A stretch of DNA of 64,000 nucleotides from Candidatus Obscuribacterales bacterium (GCA_965228855.1 CBDDIJ010000003.1:1088001-1152000); one strand, 5' to 3'; positions 30,101-39,038 are shown, counted from the first letter of the stretch. The notes: a model not told the origin generated them from the letters alone. Program-made: numbers and translations.

Positions 30101-32921
30101 TGACCTTGAGGCGGATCTTGGGATTGACTCGATTAAACGCGTTGAAATTTTAAACAACTTCCGGAAGTTGCTCCCTGAGTTCAGTCAGGAGAAGCTGGAG
30201 AGTGGCATCGAGAAACTGGCCGGCACAAAGACTCTGGAAGGCATCATCGAGTGGATTCGATCCCTGGATGATGACACCGCAGGCGATGCAAGTTTCGCCC
30301 CTGAGGCGATAGAAGTTGGCAACGCCGAACGCGTGATGCGCGCCATCGTGCAGGTCAAAGAGCTTGCCGCACCTGCGGAAAAGACGAGCAAAACACTAGC
30401 TCCAACTGCTCTGATCGTGTCCGATCACAAGCAGTATACGGCAGCTTTAGAGAAGTCTTTGAAAGGGAACGGGCAGAAGGTCATTACTGTCTCGCCAAGT
30501 ACCTTTAAGGGCGAGGCCATTTCAAACGTTGTCGAAGGTCTTCGCTCCAAGCACGGTGCCATCGGCTCCGTCATCTATTTGAGCCCGGCGAATGTGGAAA
30601 ATGGCGTCGAGTTTGAGGCGGTCAGCAATTACTTTCAGCTCGTCAAAGAATGCGAGTCTGATCTTCGTGAACAGAGCGCAAACGGAATGCGTTCGTCCGT
30701 GATCTGTGTCACCTTCATGGGTGGAGCGTTCAATACCGAATCCCCAGTGAAGAATATCAACCGAGATAGCCTCGTTCAACAGGCTGGCGCAGTCGGTCTG
30801 ACCAAAACGGTTGGAAAAGAATTCGACGGCGTTCATGTCAAAGCAATCGATTTTGAATCCGATGTTGACGCGCAAAAACTAGCTACTGCTGTACTCTCTG
30901 AAATTGGTGTGGATGACGAAATCGTCGAGGTTGGATACAGAGGCGGGCAGCGTATCGGTTTAGATGTCGTTGAAGCCCCGTATGCGCACTCGAACCATGA
31001 CGTGGCGGCACTCACGTCATCATCGGTGGTGCTCGTCACTGGTGGCGCGCGTGGTATCACGGCCGAGATCACCCTGGATCTTGCTAAGCGGTATCAGCCC
31101 AATTTCATAATCGTCGGAAGATTGCCGCGTCCCGTAGATAATGAATCTGCAGTGACTGCCGGTCTAGAAACTCAAAAGGACATCAAAGCGGCTATCATTG
31201 CCGACATGCAGGCGAATGGAAAGATTATCAACGTCCGCGACGTGGAGAAGACCTATCAGCAACTGCTTCGAGAGCGCGAAGTTCGAACAACTCTTGCGAA
31301 GTTGCAAGCAGCCGGCGCCACCGTTCGATATTATTCGGTCGATGTGAACGACGACGATGCATTCGGCAGGCTAATCGATTCGGTTTATGAAACCTCGAAC
31401 ATCGATGTTGTGATTCATGGTGCCGGCATCATCGAAGACGCGCTAATAAAGGACAAAACTGTTGAGTCATTCCGCCGCGTCTTCAATACAAAGGTGAAGG
31501 GCGCTTTGACACTTGCTCGCAAACTGCGGTTCGATACCTTGCAATCGCTGTTCTTCTTCTCCTCGGTGGTAGGGCGCACCGGCAATTCCGGCCAAGCCGA
31601 TTATGTCTCCGCTAATGAGGCGCTTAGCAAGCTGGCTCTTCAGATCAGTCTGAGCACAGAAGCCCGGGTCGCGTCACTCATGTGGGGACCCTGGCAAGCG
31701 GGAATGGCACCGCCCGAATTGGAAGAAGTATTTGCCAGTCACGGTTGGTCGATGATTCAACCGGCCGATGGTCGCGCCTGCTTTTTTGAAGAGTTGAACC
31801 GGGCAGAAAAACAAGAAGTAGAGGTTTTGCTCGTGGGCAAACTGAAGAGCGCACACGACAACGGGTCGGCAAGTGCAGAAGTAGAGGCGTCCGCAAGCAA
31901 ATCCTCGGTTTCAAAACAACCGACCGCCGACAAGATCGCGGACTCTAATGGAAAGGGTTCAGCATCAGCTGGACCTTCGAATCTAACCGTCACACCATCC
32001 GGTGTCGTCCTTCACAAAGCGACCGTGCAGTCTACAACACCGCCCACACTGGCGTTCACGGTCGAAACCAAGGACCATATCTATCTCGACGACCACAAGT
32101 TTGATGGCATTCCAGTGATGCCAATGGCGGTGGCGCTAGAGTTGATGATTCAGGGGGCTAAATCTGTTTATCCAGATCGAAGTGTCGTGAAAGTCTCCAA
32201 CCTTGACATACCCTCTGGGGTCGTATTTCACAGTGACCAAAGGAAATTTGTCGTCGAAGCGAAACCAGAGCGTGGTACGGACGGTCTTGTTTCTGTTCAA
32301 CTATCATCGTTGACCGGCAAGGCCAAGAAGACGCACTTCCATTGTAAGGTTCAGATGTCTGCTGCACCGAATCCGGCGCCAGACGTCTGGAACACCCAGG
32401 ATGAGACTGCCATTCCGCAGGTGATTGGACCCTGTTCCAAACTTGCAAGTGAGACCGATGTTCCACAGCCTGGTGATGTCTACGGTAAGTGGTTGTTCCA
32501 CGGTCCGATCTTCCAGGGGATAAAAGAGGTAATGCATCTTGCCGAAGATGGTATCGCGGGCAAGGTCAAAGGTGCCCGTCCGATTGACTGCATCAGGTCA
32601 GCCGATTCAAGTAATTGGAACATCGATCCGGTCCTGCTGGATAGCTCTATGCAACTTGCCGGTATCTGGGCTCGCTTTTATCGCGACGTCACAGTGCTGC
32701 CAACCGGGTTCAAGTCGATGCACTTCTTCGGACCGATGCCGATGAACGCGACTGCTCAGATTTTCCTCAACCCGACTATGGCCACGGAACTGCTCTGTGA
32801 TCTGGCTATTTACGATGAAAACGGAAAGATCGCGGTCATCGTCGAAGGTCTGGGCGGTATCGCCAGTAAAGCATTTAACCGTTTCTCCTCTCAGGAACCG
32901 CAGAAACAGCTGGTTCCCTAA
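24171..32921 (+). CDS. Iterative type I PKS / secondary lipid synthase (PfaA/HglE-like): ER*-ER(FabK/NMO-type)-KS-AT-linker-ACP-KR-DH
   Basis: Two NMO/FabK-like TIM barrels (KGHEGAGRVG; EGKECGGHVG); KS triad DAACASS / EAHGTGT / NIGHTK; AT GHSYG + AFHS; ACP LEADLGIDSIKRVEIL; KR GGARGIT + DYVSAN; DH DHKFDGIPVMP + DSSMQ; GGAG RBS before GTG. Confidence 0.95.
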   Translation: MSALGFIVVSPAGPRRAYAKPAIAIAAARAGAVGVLDLEFVKEGPALDKALEQLTLNVIQNSDGSIGVRCRSGKLPASVLNLKSANAPLMVLTAGIGAFETKTLERDVKETKSKGFQVFVEVVSIEEALLAQNAGANGIIAKGHEGAGRVGDTTTFVLIQQCARAIDLPVYACGGIGAHTAAAVVAAGAAGVVLDSQTYLCRDSAIPADVQLRFERLDGSETSLLRDSSCNAIRLMATNGSARLHRLEQAFAEGRIADAEAILEDAVDATDDEIFVVGQDSCFARNLAISGGTVAGCIDLIDRNVAEHIAVAARSNVLSENSELAKSHGTKYPVVQGAMTRVSDTSEFALNVAQAGGLPFLALSLMRGPEIEKLLSETKNKLGGLPWGVGVLGFVPQQLRQEQMEVVNRFTPPFALIAGGRPDQAKALDDAGTKTYLHVPSPLLLKSFIEMGSTRFIFEGKECGGHVGPRSSFVLWESMIEVLLESIGPKSNPANIHVLFAGGIHDDLSAAMVATMAAPLTARGIKIGVLVGTAYLFTEEAVTSGAIVDVFQQAAVKCDKTVLLETGPGHSIRCIDSPYREAFDRSRVELQKQNKSRDEIREELELMNLGRLRIASKGVTRGSGNELEAIPVETQWRDGMYMIGQIASMRDKVVTMSDLHSNICTDGQNRLAELQYRSAMQALSDEQQSEGIAIVGMSCMLPQGNDVETYWQNILNKVDAIDVIPESHFKWQNFYDKDPLARDRIVSKWGGFISDVVFDPTPYGIPPSSLDSIDPMQVLVLESARSALYDAGYSDRKFPREKTSVILANAGHGPITALYSLRSMLGWKLADLAPEIQEEIKASVPEWTEDSFAGYLGNVTAGRVANRLDLKGLNFSIDAACASSLAALYVSIADLRSGTSDVVLLGATDTHNQPGDYLSFSKTHALSPKGRCQTFDADADGIVISEGFAMIVLKRLSDAERDGDRIYAVIRGIGGSSDGRDLSLTAPRPAGQMLALERAYADAGVSPSTVSLVEAHGTGTVAGDKAEVEALTKVFQKAGAEPESCAIGSVKTNIGHTKATAGLASLVKVAKALHHKVLPPSINVKKPSPACKFGEGPFYLSSETRPWIQRDPATPRRAGVSAFGFGGTNFHTVLEEYVAPCREEERPAIEAWPSELFVWKAASQDDVLKSIKITEAAVEKLLASETPETTATSVESRRLFELASKLQLKLNDIPDAHNAVAIVASSLSDLKDKIGIVKEKLQNANAANFSMPLGIHYSSGLSSDAKVAFLFPGQGSQRVEMLKGLSLYFPELRQTIEEADGVLRPKLQDALSKYIYPLPTLSETEQAAQHNRLTATQIAQPALGACDLALLRLLKTFGLKPDMVAGHSYGEYVALHAAGVFTENVLFNLSADRGRIVAECASSRPGAMAAVSSDQETVETAIKQIKDVYVANINTPSQIIISGSEAAIETALDKLKKQNVSGKRIPVSAAFHSPLLQDSKEPLLKALKQYDYAAPVLPVYSNTTGKPYGSAGAEIVVQLSEHALKPVLFAQQLQAMYEDGARIFVEVGPGAVLTGLTEATLAGKDVLAISTERAKNSLEHFLSVVGLLTVSGAITDVGKLFWNRMSGVHGSSYDLAVAKTRSPLLYRVNSVKIERVEKKGSTVNSRGTGKQMAQDVRNGDGTARKEIAKDKIVRDERSLPSSAQSGLNGNGNGNGHGNGNGKSVAVPVQQPVAAQVAGQPGQAPQQQQYAPPFNQLAQQPMGRGMQPPSPVGYQPQYAQIQGQVPSGQNYAQPNQQLARRGADPRSSSAERVLLEFQQSMMDMTNKFLETQERVMLAYLSGGASQQYQQPAQYANQYPQSAANVPQVGQPAHQQDLSQQQHFQAQYAQPQIQSYDYGQYGQQLPQQQLLEHLHQQAAAAAQEPIGQSDTKSGADLGMLQESQPVVGGVQEVVAEAIVNSDSADSGASGMNAEALIDSLYEIVSERTGYPRSMLDPTLDLEADLGIDSIKRVEILNNFRKLLPEFSQEKLESGIEKLAGTKTLEGIIEWIRSLDDDTAGDASFAPEAIEVGNAERVMRAIVQVKELAAPAEKTSKTLAPTALIVSDHKQYTAALEKSLKGNGQKVITVSPSTFKGEAISNVVEGLRSKHGAIGSVIYLSPANVENGVEFEAVSNYFQLVKECESDLREQSANGMRSSVICVTFMGGAFNTESPVKNINRDSLVQQAGAVGLTKTVGKEFDGVHVKAIDFESDVDAQKLATAVLSEIGVDDEIVEVGYRGGQRIGLDVVEAPYAHSNHDVAALTSSSVVLVTGGARGITAEITLDLAKRYQPNFIIVGRLPRPVDNESAVTAGLETQKDIKAAIIADMQANGKIINVRDVEKTYQQLLREREVRTTLAKLQAAGATVRYYSVDVNDDDAFGRLIDSVYETSNIDVVIHGAGIIEDALIKDKTVESFRRVFNTKVKGALTLARKLRFDTLQSLFFFSSVVGRTGNSGQADYVSANEALSKLALQISLSTEARVASLMWGPWQAGMAPPELEEVFASHGWSMIQPADGRACFFEELNRAEKQEVEVLLVGKLKSAHDNGSASAEVEASASKSSVSKQPTADKIADSNGKGSASAGPSNLTVTPSGVVLHKATVQSTTPPTLAFTVETKDHIYLDDHKFDGIPVMPMAVALELMIQGAKSVYPDRSVVKVSNLDIPSGVVFHSDQRKFVVEAKPERGTDGLVSVQLSSLTGKAKKTHFHCKVQMSAAPNPAPDVWNTQDETAIPQVIGPCSKLASETDVPQPGDVYGKWLFHGPIFQGIKEVMHLAEDGIAGKVKGARPIDCIRSADSSNWNIDPVLLDSSMQLAGIWARFYRDVTVLPTGFKSMHFFGPMPMNATAQIFLNPTMATELLCDLAIYDENGKIAVIVEGLGGIASKAFNRFSSQEPQKQLVP

Positions 32922-32987
32922 TAACGCAGCTCGAGCAACCGCTCGAACAACTACGCAAGTCGAACGTGATGTTCGCACATCAGTAAT

Positions 32988-35900
32988 ATGAGCTCCGCCG
33001 CAAATCGAAATTCTGGAAAGATAGCAATTGTAGGAATGTCCTGCCTCTACCCAGGCGCACCGGATCTCTCCAGCTTCTGGTCGAATATCGTGCGGGGCGT
33101 CGACGCCACCCGTGAGGTCTCTCCTAGCGAGTGGAATGTCGATGATTACTACGATCCCGAGTCGCGTAAGTTCGGCAGTGTTTACTCTAAACGTGGCGGT
33201 TTTATAAGCGAATATGCTGACTTCGATCCGCTTCAGTTTGGAGTCATGCCATCTGGTGTCGCCGGTGGTGATCCAGACCAGTTTCTGACACTGCGAGTTG
33301 CTCACGAGGCAATGGCTGATGCAGGCTATCTCGATGGCAAAAAACAATTCGATAAAGATCGCGCTGAAGTTATTTTGGGCCGCATATCGGCTCCCGGTGC
33401 GGGAAGTATGAACTTGACCCATCAGTCGAAGACCGTTCATGAAGTTACCGGTCTTCTTCGTGGACTTTTACCGAACCATCCGGAGGTTGTAGACGCTGCG
33501 GTTAGCGAAATGACGAGTCGTCTGGTTACGTGCAATTCGGATACCATTCCGAGCGCGATGCCGAACGTGCTTGCTGGACGAATAGCTTCCAAACTCGGAT
33601 TTCGTGGTCGAAATCTATTGATCGACGCCGCTTGTGCTTCTTCGATGGTAGCGGTTGAAACGGCAGTCCAAGACCTTCTTAGCCACCAGTGTGATTTCGC
33701 TCTGGCTGGCGGTTTGCATGTCAATGCTTCTCCCGTATTTTTCCAAATGTTCTGTGGTCTCGGTGCATTATCGCGCAAGGACATCATTCGTCCGTTCGAC
33801 GAATCAGCGGATGGAACATTGCTTGGAGAGGGCATCGGCATCCTTGTTTTAAAGCGCCATGAAGACGCGATTGCGGATGGCGATAGAATCTATGCCACGA
33901 TCTGCGGCGTAGCGTCCTCCAGTGATGGATACGGCGGAAGTGTTCTCTCACCGTCACTTGACGGGGAGGCACTGGCGATGGAGAAAGCCTACAAGATGGC
34001 CGGTATCTCGCCCAAGAGCATAGGTCTGCTGGAAGCCCACGGGACGGGCACTCCGACTGGCGACGTGGTGGAACTGCAGGCTGTTGAAAAAGTGTTCGGA
34101 CAAGCATCGGAGAGTCGAGACGGCAAGCCATGGTGCGCGGTTGGTTCAGTCAAGTCCATGATTGGACACTGTCAATCTGCGAGCGCTGTTGCTGGGATTA
34201 TCAAAGCCGCGCTTGCCCTTCATCATAAAATTTTGCCCCCCACTTTGCACGTTTCCGAGCCAAACCGCAAAATTAACTGGGAGAAACATCCTTGCTATGT
34301 GAATACCCAGTCGCGTCCGTGGATCCATGCTGAGAATTCTGAGGAAGCTCGTCGTGCGGCGGTTAGTGCATTTGGGTTCGGTGGAATCAACGGGCACATG
34401 ATTCTTGAGGAAGCGGAAAAGGGTTCCTCTATGACTCGCCATAAGAGTGCTGTTAAAGCTGCTTCGGAACAAGGAATGCCGGTCACTCCGGCTGCCTCAC
34501 TGGCGTCACTCGACAGTGCTCTGATGCGTGACTGGGATTCGGAGGTGTTCGCATTCAGTGCCAATTCTCCCGGTGAACTTGCAGGAGATTTGGAGAAACT
34601 GGAGACTTACGTGTCGCGCTCCATGGAAAGCGGCATCGTAGAGGGATTTTTTAAGGACCTTGCATTCAGCATTAACTGCAGGAATCCAGGAACGAATGGC
34701 GCCACAGGCGGTGCCATCAAGCCGGCTAAAAACAGCCGTAAGATTTATCGTCTGAGTATTGTTGCTGCAAACCCGGATGAATTAGTTAGCAAAGTTCAGT
34801 ATGCTCGCAAGTTAATTGAGGCGGGCAAGCCTGCTGTGCAAGAGGCAGATAAGGGTGTTTACTACACCAGCCCAGGCACCGCCATCGGTGGCAAAGTCGG
34901 ATTCCTCTATCCGGGATTAGGTTCCGCATACGGTGGAATGCTCTCTGATCTGTGCATGCACTTCCCTGAAGTGCGCGAAGTCTTCGATATTGTCGATACC
35001 GTCGCGTTAGCGGAAAAGGCGTCGATTTTACCAAGTCGAATGATTTTTCCGCCGGACCGTGATTCCTCGAATTCAATGGAATTGGCGTCCGCAGATTTCG
35101 CTGTCGTGGCCATTCTTCTTGCCGAATATGCTTTGCACCAATTGCTTTTGCATCTCGAAATTAAACCTGACGCCCTTATGGGATGCAGTACCGGTGAATT
35201 TGCCGCCATCACTACTGGTGGTGCCGTAGATGTTCTAAGTGTGTCAGAAACGTTTTACGGATTGAGTACTAATGTTGCCCGCGCGATTCCAGCCGCTGCG
35301 CTGGCAGAATTGCGCTCGCTTCGTATTCTCGCTCCTGCAAGCGATGTTATGGCACTCGTTAAAAACAACGATGTCCATCTGAGTGCTGACCTTGGAGAAC
35401 GACACATTATTGTCACTGGCACCATAGCTGGTACCGATTCGCTGACAGATGAATTAGCAAAGCGCAAGTTTGTTTCCCAGGTTCTTCCCATCGCAATCCC
35501 CTACCATACGCCGCTAGTTCACGACCTGATAGACGGTGAGCATGATGCCGTCAAGTCTGTAGACATCCGACCTCTTGTGGTGCCGAGCTATGCCTGTTCC
35601 ACAGCAGAGCGATATCCAGGCGATGAGAAGCAATTGCGGGCGATGTTCACGGACCTATTTACAAAGCCGATCAGGCTGCGCGAAACCATACAGAAGATGT
35701 ACGAAGATGGTATCCGACTTTTTATCGAGGTTGGCCCAGGTGGGGTGCTTTCGAGCGTGGTCGATGGCATCCTCGGTAGTAAGCCGCACATAGCTGTTCC
35801 TACAAACTTATCATCGAAACCCGCACTGACACAGCTTAACCACGTTCTAGCTGCGCTTTATACCCAGGGTGTGTCAGCAAATTTCAATTATTTATATATG

Positions 35901-38006
35901 CGTCGAGCTCCTGTTGAGCTGGATTGGCGCTCGCTAAAAGCTCCCGTGGTTAAACGCCAACCGCTCAAGCTTTCGCTTGTTCACACCAAGCTTGAAGTGT
36001 CGCCTGGACTCGCTGTCCCTCCTGCGGAGCCCGTTTCGCAACTTTCTTCTTTGCCGGATAATTCACCTCACGATCGCTATGAAGACACTCAGAGCGACTG
36101 CGGAAGTAGTGAGGTTGAATCCGCTAATTTGCTAGGCTCTTTTATGAACACCAACGCAGCGTTTTACTCGCGGATGGCAGCAACGCAGGAGAGAATAATG
36201 ACCGCTTTTCTCTCATCCAATGTCGAGCAGCAGTTCTCTGATGAAACCAACATCTATGCTAGTGATGAAGTTCAACACCTCCCGGGCGGAGTGTCACAAT
36301 ACCAGTTGCAAGATGACCTACAAGCAAGCGAATTTCCTGTCTTTCAGCAGAATCGAGAAGCTTTCGTAAACGTCTCAGAGCCGCCGTTTCTTAGCCGCTT
36401 CCGAATTCGATCGGTTTCCGGGTCTACGGAATTTGATCTGCACATTGGGCTTGATACCGATCTCTATTTGTTAGACCATGCCGTTGGCGGTCAGGTCAGC
36501 GTAGAGCCTCCCTCGCGTGTTTTCTTGATGCCTCTCATGGTTTCTCTTGAAATTATGGCTGAGGCCGCTTCTGCCCACGCACGCGAGAAGTTAATCGTCA
36601 GACTGGAACAAGTCAAAGCCTTCAAACGAATCTCTGTTGACCATCTTGGAGTCGATCTTCATTTAACTGCAAGCGGTGATAGTAGCCGCGTTCACGTCAA
36701 AATGTTTGACGCTGGCGACTTGGTAAATCCGATTTTAATCGCTGACTTTTTGTTTGCCATGCAATATCCGACAGTTGGTTCGGCTCCTGAAATTACGGTC
36801 AGCGGTCACTCTCCGACGAACCTCAAGGAGCGATCGCAGCTTTATGCCCCGCCCAATATGTTTCACGGACCCCGAATGCAGGCGGTGACTGCGATTACGA
36901 ATGTCGGCAACAAAAGTATTGAGGGCTTGGCAGAAGCTTCTCCTGCGCGTTACTGGATGCCTCATGTACCGGTAGCGAACTTCCTGTTACACCCACTATT
37001 GCTCGATAACGCAAGTCAGTTTGTTCTCTTCTATTTGTACGAGAAACAGATGCCGGCGATTGCGCTATTGCCATTTTTCATCGAGTCGGTTGAGTTCTTT
37101 TACTCCCCCAATGATCTACCGCCTGTTATTTCGGGACGTGCTCTCCTGCATACCGTTTCTGAAAAGGCGACCGAGGCGAAGGTTGAGGTTGTAGATGATC
37201 GGAATCGAGTTTGGATGCGTGTAAATGGCATCAACAGTAAGCGAGTGATGCCTCATGAGAAGCTTGTCGACTTCTTCCATAAGCCACTTCAACGACACAT
37301 CGCGACCCGCCTGACAGTCAATAAGACCTTGAGTCACCTGTGCGTATTAACCGAGTTTAAAACTGGCTTGTTGCCAACTGATGACGCTATTTTGGATTGG
37401 TGCCTCGATTATTTACTAACGAGGAGTGAGCGCAGCTTTTGGCGCACACAACTCAAATTCGAGAAACGCAAGGCAGACTGGCTGCATGGACGAATTGCCG
37501 CCAAAGAAGCCGTTCGAATGCTTGTCAAAGAACGCCTCGGGCGAGAAATCGGAATGCTCGACATCGAGATTTCAAACGACTTCGAGCGACGTCCTTTGGT
37601 TGCTGTGAGTGGCGGAATTGCCGGTCTGTCAATTTCCATATCTCACACGGACGGCATCGCTATGGCGCTCGCGAGTTTTCTCAGCGATGGCAAGCCCGGT
37701 GTTGATGCGGAGAAAATTCAAACTCGCGACCCTGATGTCGCAGACCGGTTTTTGACAATGGACGAGTTGGGTCACCTGAACTCGTGCGCATCGCATTTGC
37801 GTGATGCTGAACTCACACGGCTCTGGTCGGCGAAGGAAGCTGTCTACAAGTCCTTGGGTGGGGAATTCGAACTCACATCGTTCGAAATAGATGTCACTTC
37901 TATGACACCATATGCGATGTCAATCCGCAACACTGGCTCGGCCAACAAATTTCAAGTTTTTTCAGAATTAGTCGGCGATTACGTGCGCTCATATACGCTT
38001 GCATGA
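32988..38006 (+). CDS. Type I PKS partner subunit: KS-AT-DH-Sfp-type PPTase
   Basis: KS DAACASS / EAHGTGT / MIGHCQ; AT GCSTG + PYHT; DH LLDHAVGG...LMP, FHGP, LLDNASQ; PPTase GRIAAKEAVR, SISHT, GVDAE, WSAKEAVYK. Confidence 0.93.
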   Translation: MSSAANRNSGKIAIVGMSCLYPGAPDLSSFWSNIVRGVDATREVSPSEWNVDDYYDPESRKFGSVYSKRGGFISEYADFDPLQFGVMPSGVAGGDPDQFLTLRVAHEAMADAGYLDGKKQFDKDRAEVILGRISAPGAGSMNLTHQSKTVHEVTGLLRGLLPNHPEVVDAAVSEMTSRLVTCNSDTIPSAMPNVLAGRIASKLGFRGRNLLIDAACASSMVAVETAVQDLLSHQCDFALAGGLHVNASPVFFQMFCGLGALSRKDIIRPFDESADGTLLGEGIGILVLKRHEDAIADGDRIYATICGVASSSDGYGGSVLSPSLDGEALAMEKAYKMAGISPKSIGLLEAHGTGTPTGDVVELQAVEKVFGQASESRDGKPWCAVGSVKSMIGHCQSASAVAGIIKAALALHHKILPPTLHVSEPNRKINWEKHPCYVNTQSRPWIHAENSEEARRAAVSAFGFGGINGHMILEEAEKGSSMTRHKSAVKAASEQGMPVTPAASLASLDSALMRDWDSEVFAFSANSPGELAGDLEKLETYVSRSMESGIVEGFFKDLAFSINCRNPGTNGATGGAIKPAKNSRKIYRLSIVAANPDELVSKVQYARKLIEAGKPAVQEADKGVYYTSPGTAIGGKVGFLYPGLGSAYGGMLSDLCMHFPEVREVFDIVDTVALAEKASILPSRMIFPPDRDSSNSMELASADFAVVAILLAEYALHQLLLHLEIKPDALMGCSTGEFAAITTGGAVDVLSVSETFYGLSTNVARAIPAAALAELRSLRILAPASDVMALVKNNDVHLSADLGERHIIVTGTIAGTDSLTDELAKRKFVSQVLPIAIPYHTPLVHDLIDGEHDAVKSVDIRPLVVPSYACSTAERYPGDEKQLRAMFTDLFTKPIRLRETIQKMYEDGIRLFIEVGPGGVLSSVVDGILGSKPHIAVPTNLSSKPALTQLNHVLAALYTQGVSANFNYLYMRRAPVELDWRSLKAPVVKRQPLKLSLVHTKLEVSPGLAVPPAEPVSQLSSLPDNSPHDRYEDTQSDCGSSEVESANLLGSFMNTNAAFYSRMAATQERIMTAFLSSNVEQQFSDETNIYASDEVQHLPGGVSQYQLQDDLQASEFPVFQQNREAFVNVSEPPFLSRFRIRSVSGSTEFDLHIGLDTDLYLLDHAVGGQVSVEPPSRVFLMPLMVSLEIMAEAASAHAREKLIVRLEQVKAFKRISVDHLGVDLHLTASGDSSRVHVKMFDAGDLVNPILIADFLFAMQYPTVGSAPEITVSGHSPTNLKERSQLYAPPNMFHGPRMQAVTAITNVGNKSIEGLAEASPARYWMPHVPVANFLLHPLLLDNASQFVLFYLYEKQMPAIALLPFFIESVEFFYSPNDLPPVISGRALLHTVSEKATEAKVEVVDDRNRVWMRVNGINSKRVMPHEKLVDFFHKPLQRHIATRLTVNKTLSHLCVLTEFKTGLLPTDDAILDWCLDYLLTRSERSFWRTQLKFEKRKADWLHGRIAAKEAVRMLVKERLGREIGMLDIEISNDFERRPLVAVSGGIAGLSISISHTDGIAMALASFLSDGKPGVDAEKIQTRDPDVADRFLTMDELGHLNSCASHLRDAELTRLWSAKEAVYKSLGGEFELTSFEIDVTSMTPYAMSIRNTGSANKFQVFSELVGDYVRSYTLA

Positions 38007-38045
38007 TTGCATATCGCTAAGCTCTAGACTTGGTGTGTTAAAGAC

Positions 38046-38354
38046 CTAAATGTCTATCGTGACATGCGATTTTAGCCATCGCTCTAAATCTGCAACATCA
38101 CTGAAATCTAAAAGAGCAACTGCTAGCTGCTCCAGTTGCTCCAGAGACAGCTCCGTTATCTGTGCGCAGACCTGTCCCAGTTCGCCGAAGCGTCTGGTAA
38201 GCAATGAGTTTACCAGTGATGCTGCTTCACCATGTCGACCTTGCAGAAGTCCTAACTCCATTCCGCGAGCCTGGCCTTGTTCGAGTCCTTGTTCGCGACC
38301 CCTTTCGAACCCCTCTTTGAGCCCCTTTTCCATCCAACTAGTTACAATTTCCAT
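38046..38354 (-). CDS. Putative internally translated small Rpn C-terminal protein (RpnS-like antitoxin), 102 aa
   Basis: In-frame ATG (MEIVTSW) directly preceded by GGGAGGGAGTT inside the rpn gene. Confidence 0.55.
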   Translation of the reverse strand: MEIVTSWMEKGLKEGFERGREQGLEQGQARGMELGLLQGRHGEAASLVNSLLTRRFGELGQVCAQITELSLEQLEQLAVALLDFSDVADLERWLKSHVTIDI

Positions 38355-39038
38355 AACTCCCTCCCTGCGAGGTTCTTCAAGCTGTTCCAGGGCCGCGACG
38401 AATAGACTCTCTTCCGACTCATTGAGTCTCAGGTATGAATCTACAAAACCCGCGATAAGTCTCGATTTAGCTCTGTCAAGTCTCAAGTCGGCGATCATTC
38501 TCAGGCATTCCAATTTTACCCTGAAGCGCTCATGCTGAGCAAATTTCATCTTTGCCATGAGTGCCGCCGAGACAGGGCTATCGCGTTTCAAGTAACTGCG
38601 CCAATTTAACCTGTTGAGCTGTATCACCTTGTATTGAAATCTCAGTACCTCCAGTCCAGGAAGCTTGAGTTCATAGCAGGAACCTTGCTGAGTGAAAGGG
38701 CGATCGAATGAGAATAAAACTATTGGATAAACCGGTAGATTGTGGCGCTCATGGAGTCGCGAAAAGTAGCAAAACATTCGTCGCTCAAAGGAATTCTGAG
38801 CGTGCGCCTGTGCTTCTGTATGCACCAGGATAAATGAGTCATTAGAACGTAAGCGTACTCGCGCAACCAGATCGGCCTCATACGCATCACCGGCGGTGAC
38901 ATCAGTGAAGAGTTCTTTATCAAGAAAAACAATGGAAGCTGGGTCCAGGCAGTCAAACAGCGATGGAAGGAAGAGTTCTATGAATTCGGAGAAAAATGTC
39001 GTCAGCAACTCCTTGAACAATCTATCGTGATCCGTCAT
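38046..39038 (-). CDS. Rpn/YhgA-like PD-(D/E)XK nuclease (putative transposase family) with DUF4351-like C-terminus
   Basis: MTDHDRLFKELL..FF.EFIELF, ADLV...HTEAQ, RMF.YF.RL, PVYPIV; EQG repeats and RRFG.L...LEQL..ALLDF....DL..WL; GGAGG RBS before ATG 39038. Confidence 0.9.
   Translation of the reverse strand: MTDHDRLFKELLTTFFSEFIELFLPSLFDCLDPASIVFLDKELFTDVTAGDAYEADLVARVRLRSNDSFILVHTEAQAHAQNSFERRMFCYFSRLHERHNLPVYPIVLFSFDRPFTQQGSCYELKLPGLEVLRFQYKVIQLNRLNWRSYLKRDSPVSAALMAKMKFAQHERFRVKLECLRMIADLRLDRAKSRLIAGFVDSYLRLNESEESLFVAALEQLEEPRREGVMEIVTSWMEKGLKEGFERGREQGLEQGQARGMELGLLQGRHGEAASLVNSLLTRRFGELGQVCAQITELSLEQLEQLAVALLDFSDVADLERWLKSHVTIDI

Noticed and set aside
32607..33440. 277 aa minus-strand ORF across the PKS1/PKS2 junction
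   Set aside because: It overlaps two well-supported genes and has no recognisable motifs.
24171..38006. Calling the PKS an EPA/DHA PUFA synthase or a true heterocyst glycolipid (hgl) cluster
   Set aside because: There is only one ACP, no KS-CLF pair, no FabA-type DH pair, no stand-alone PfaD and no HglB/HetM reductase. It is related in type only.
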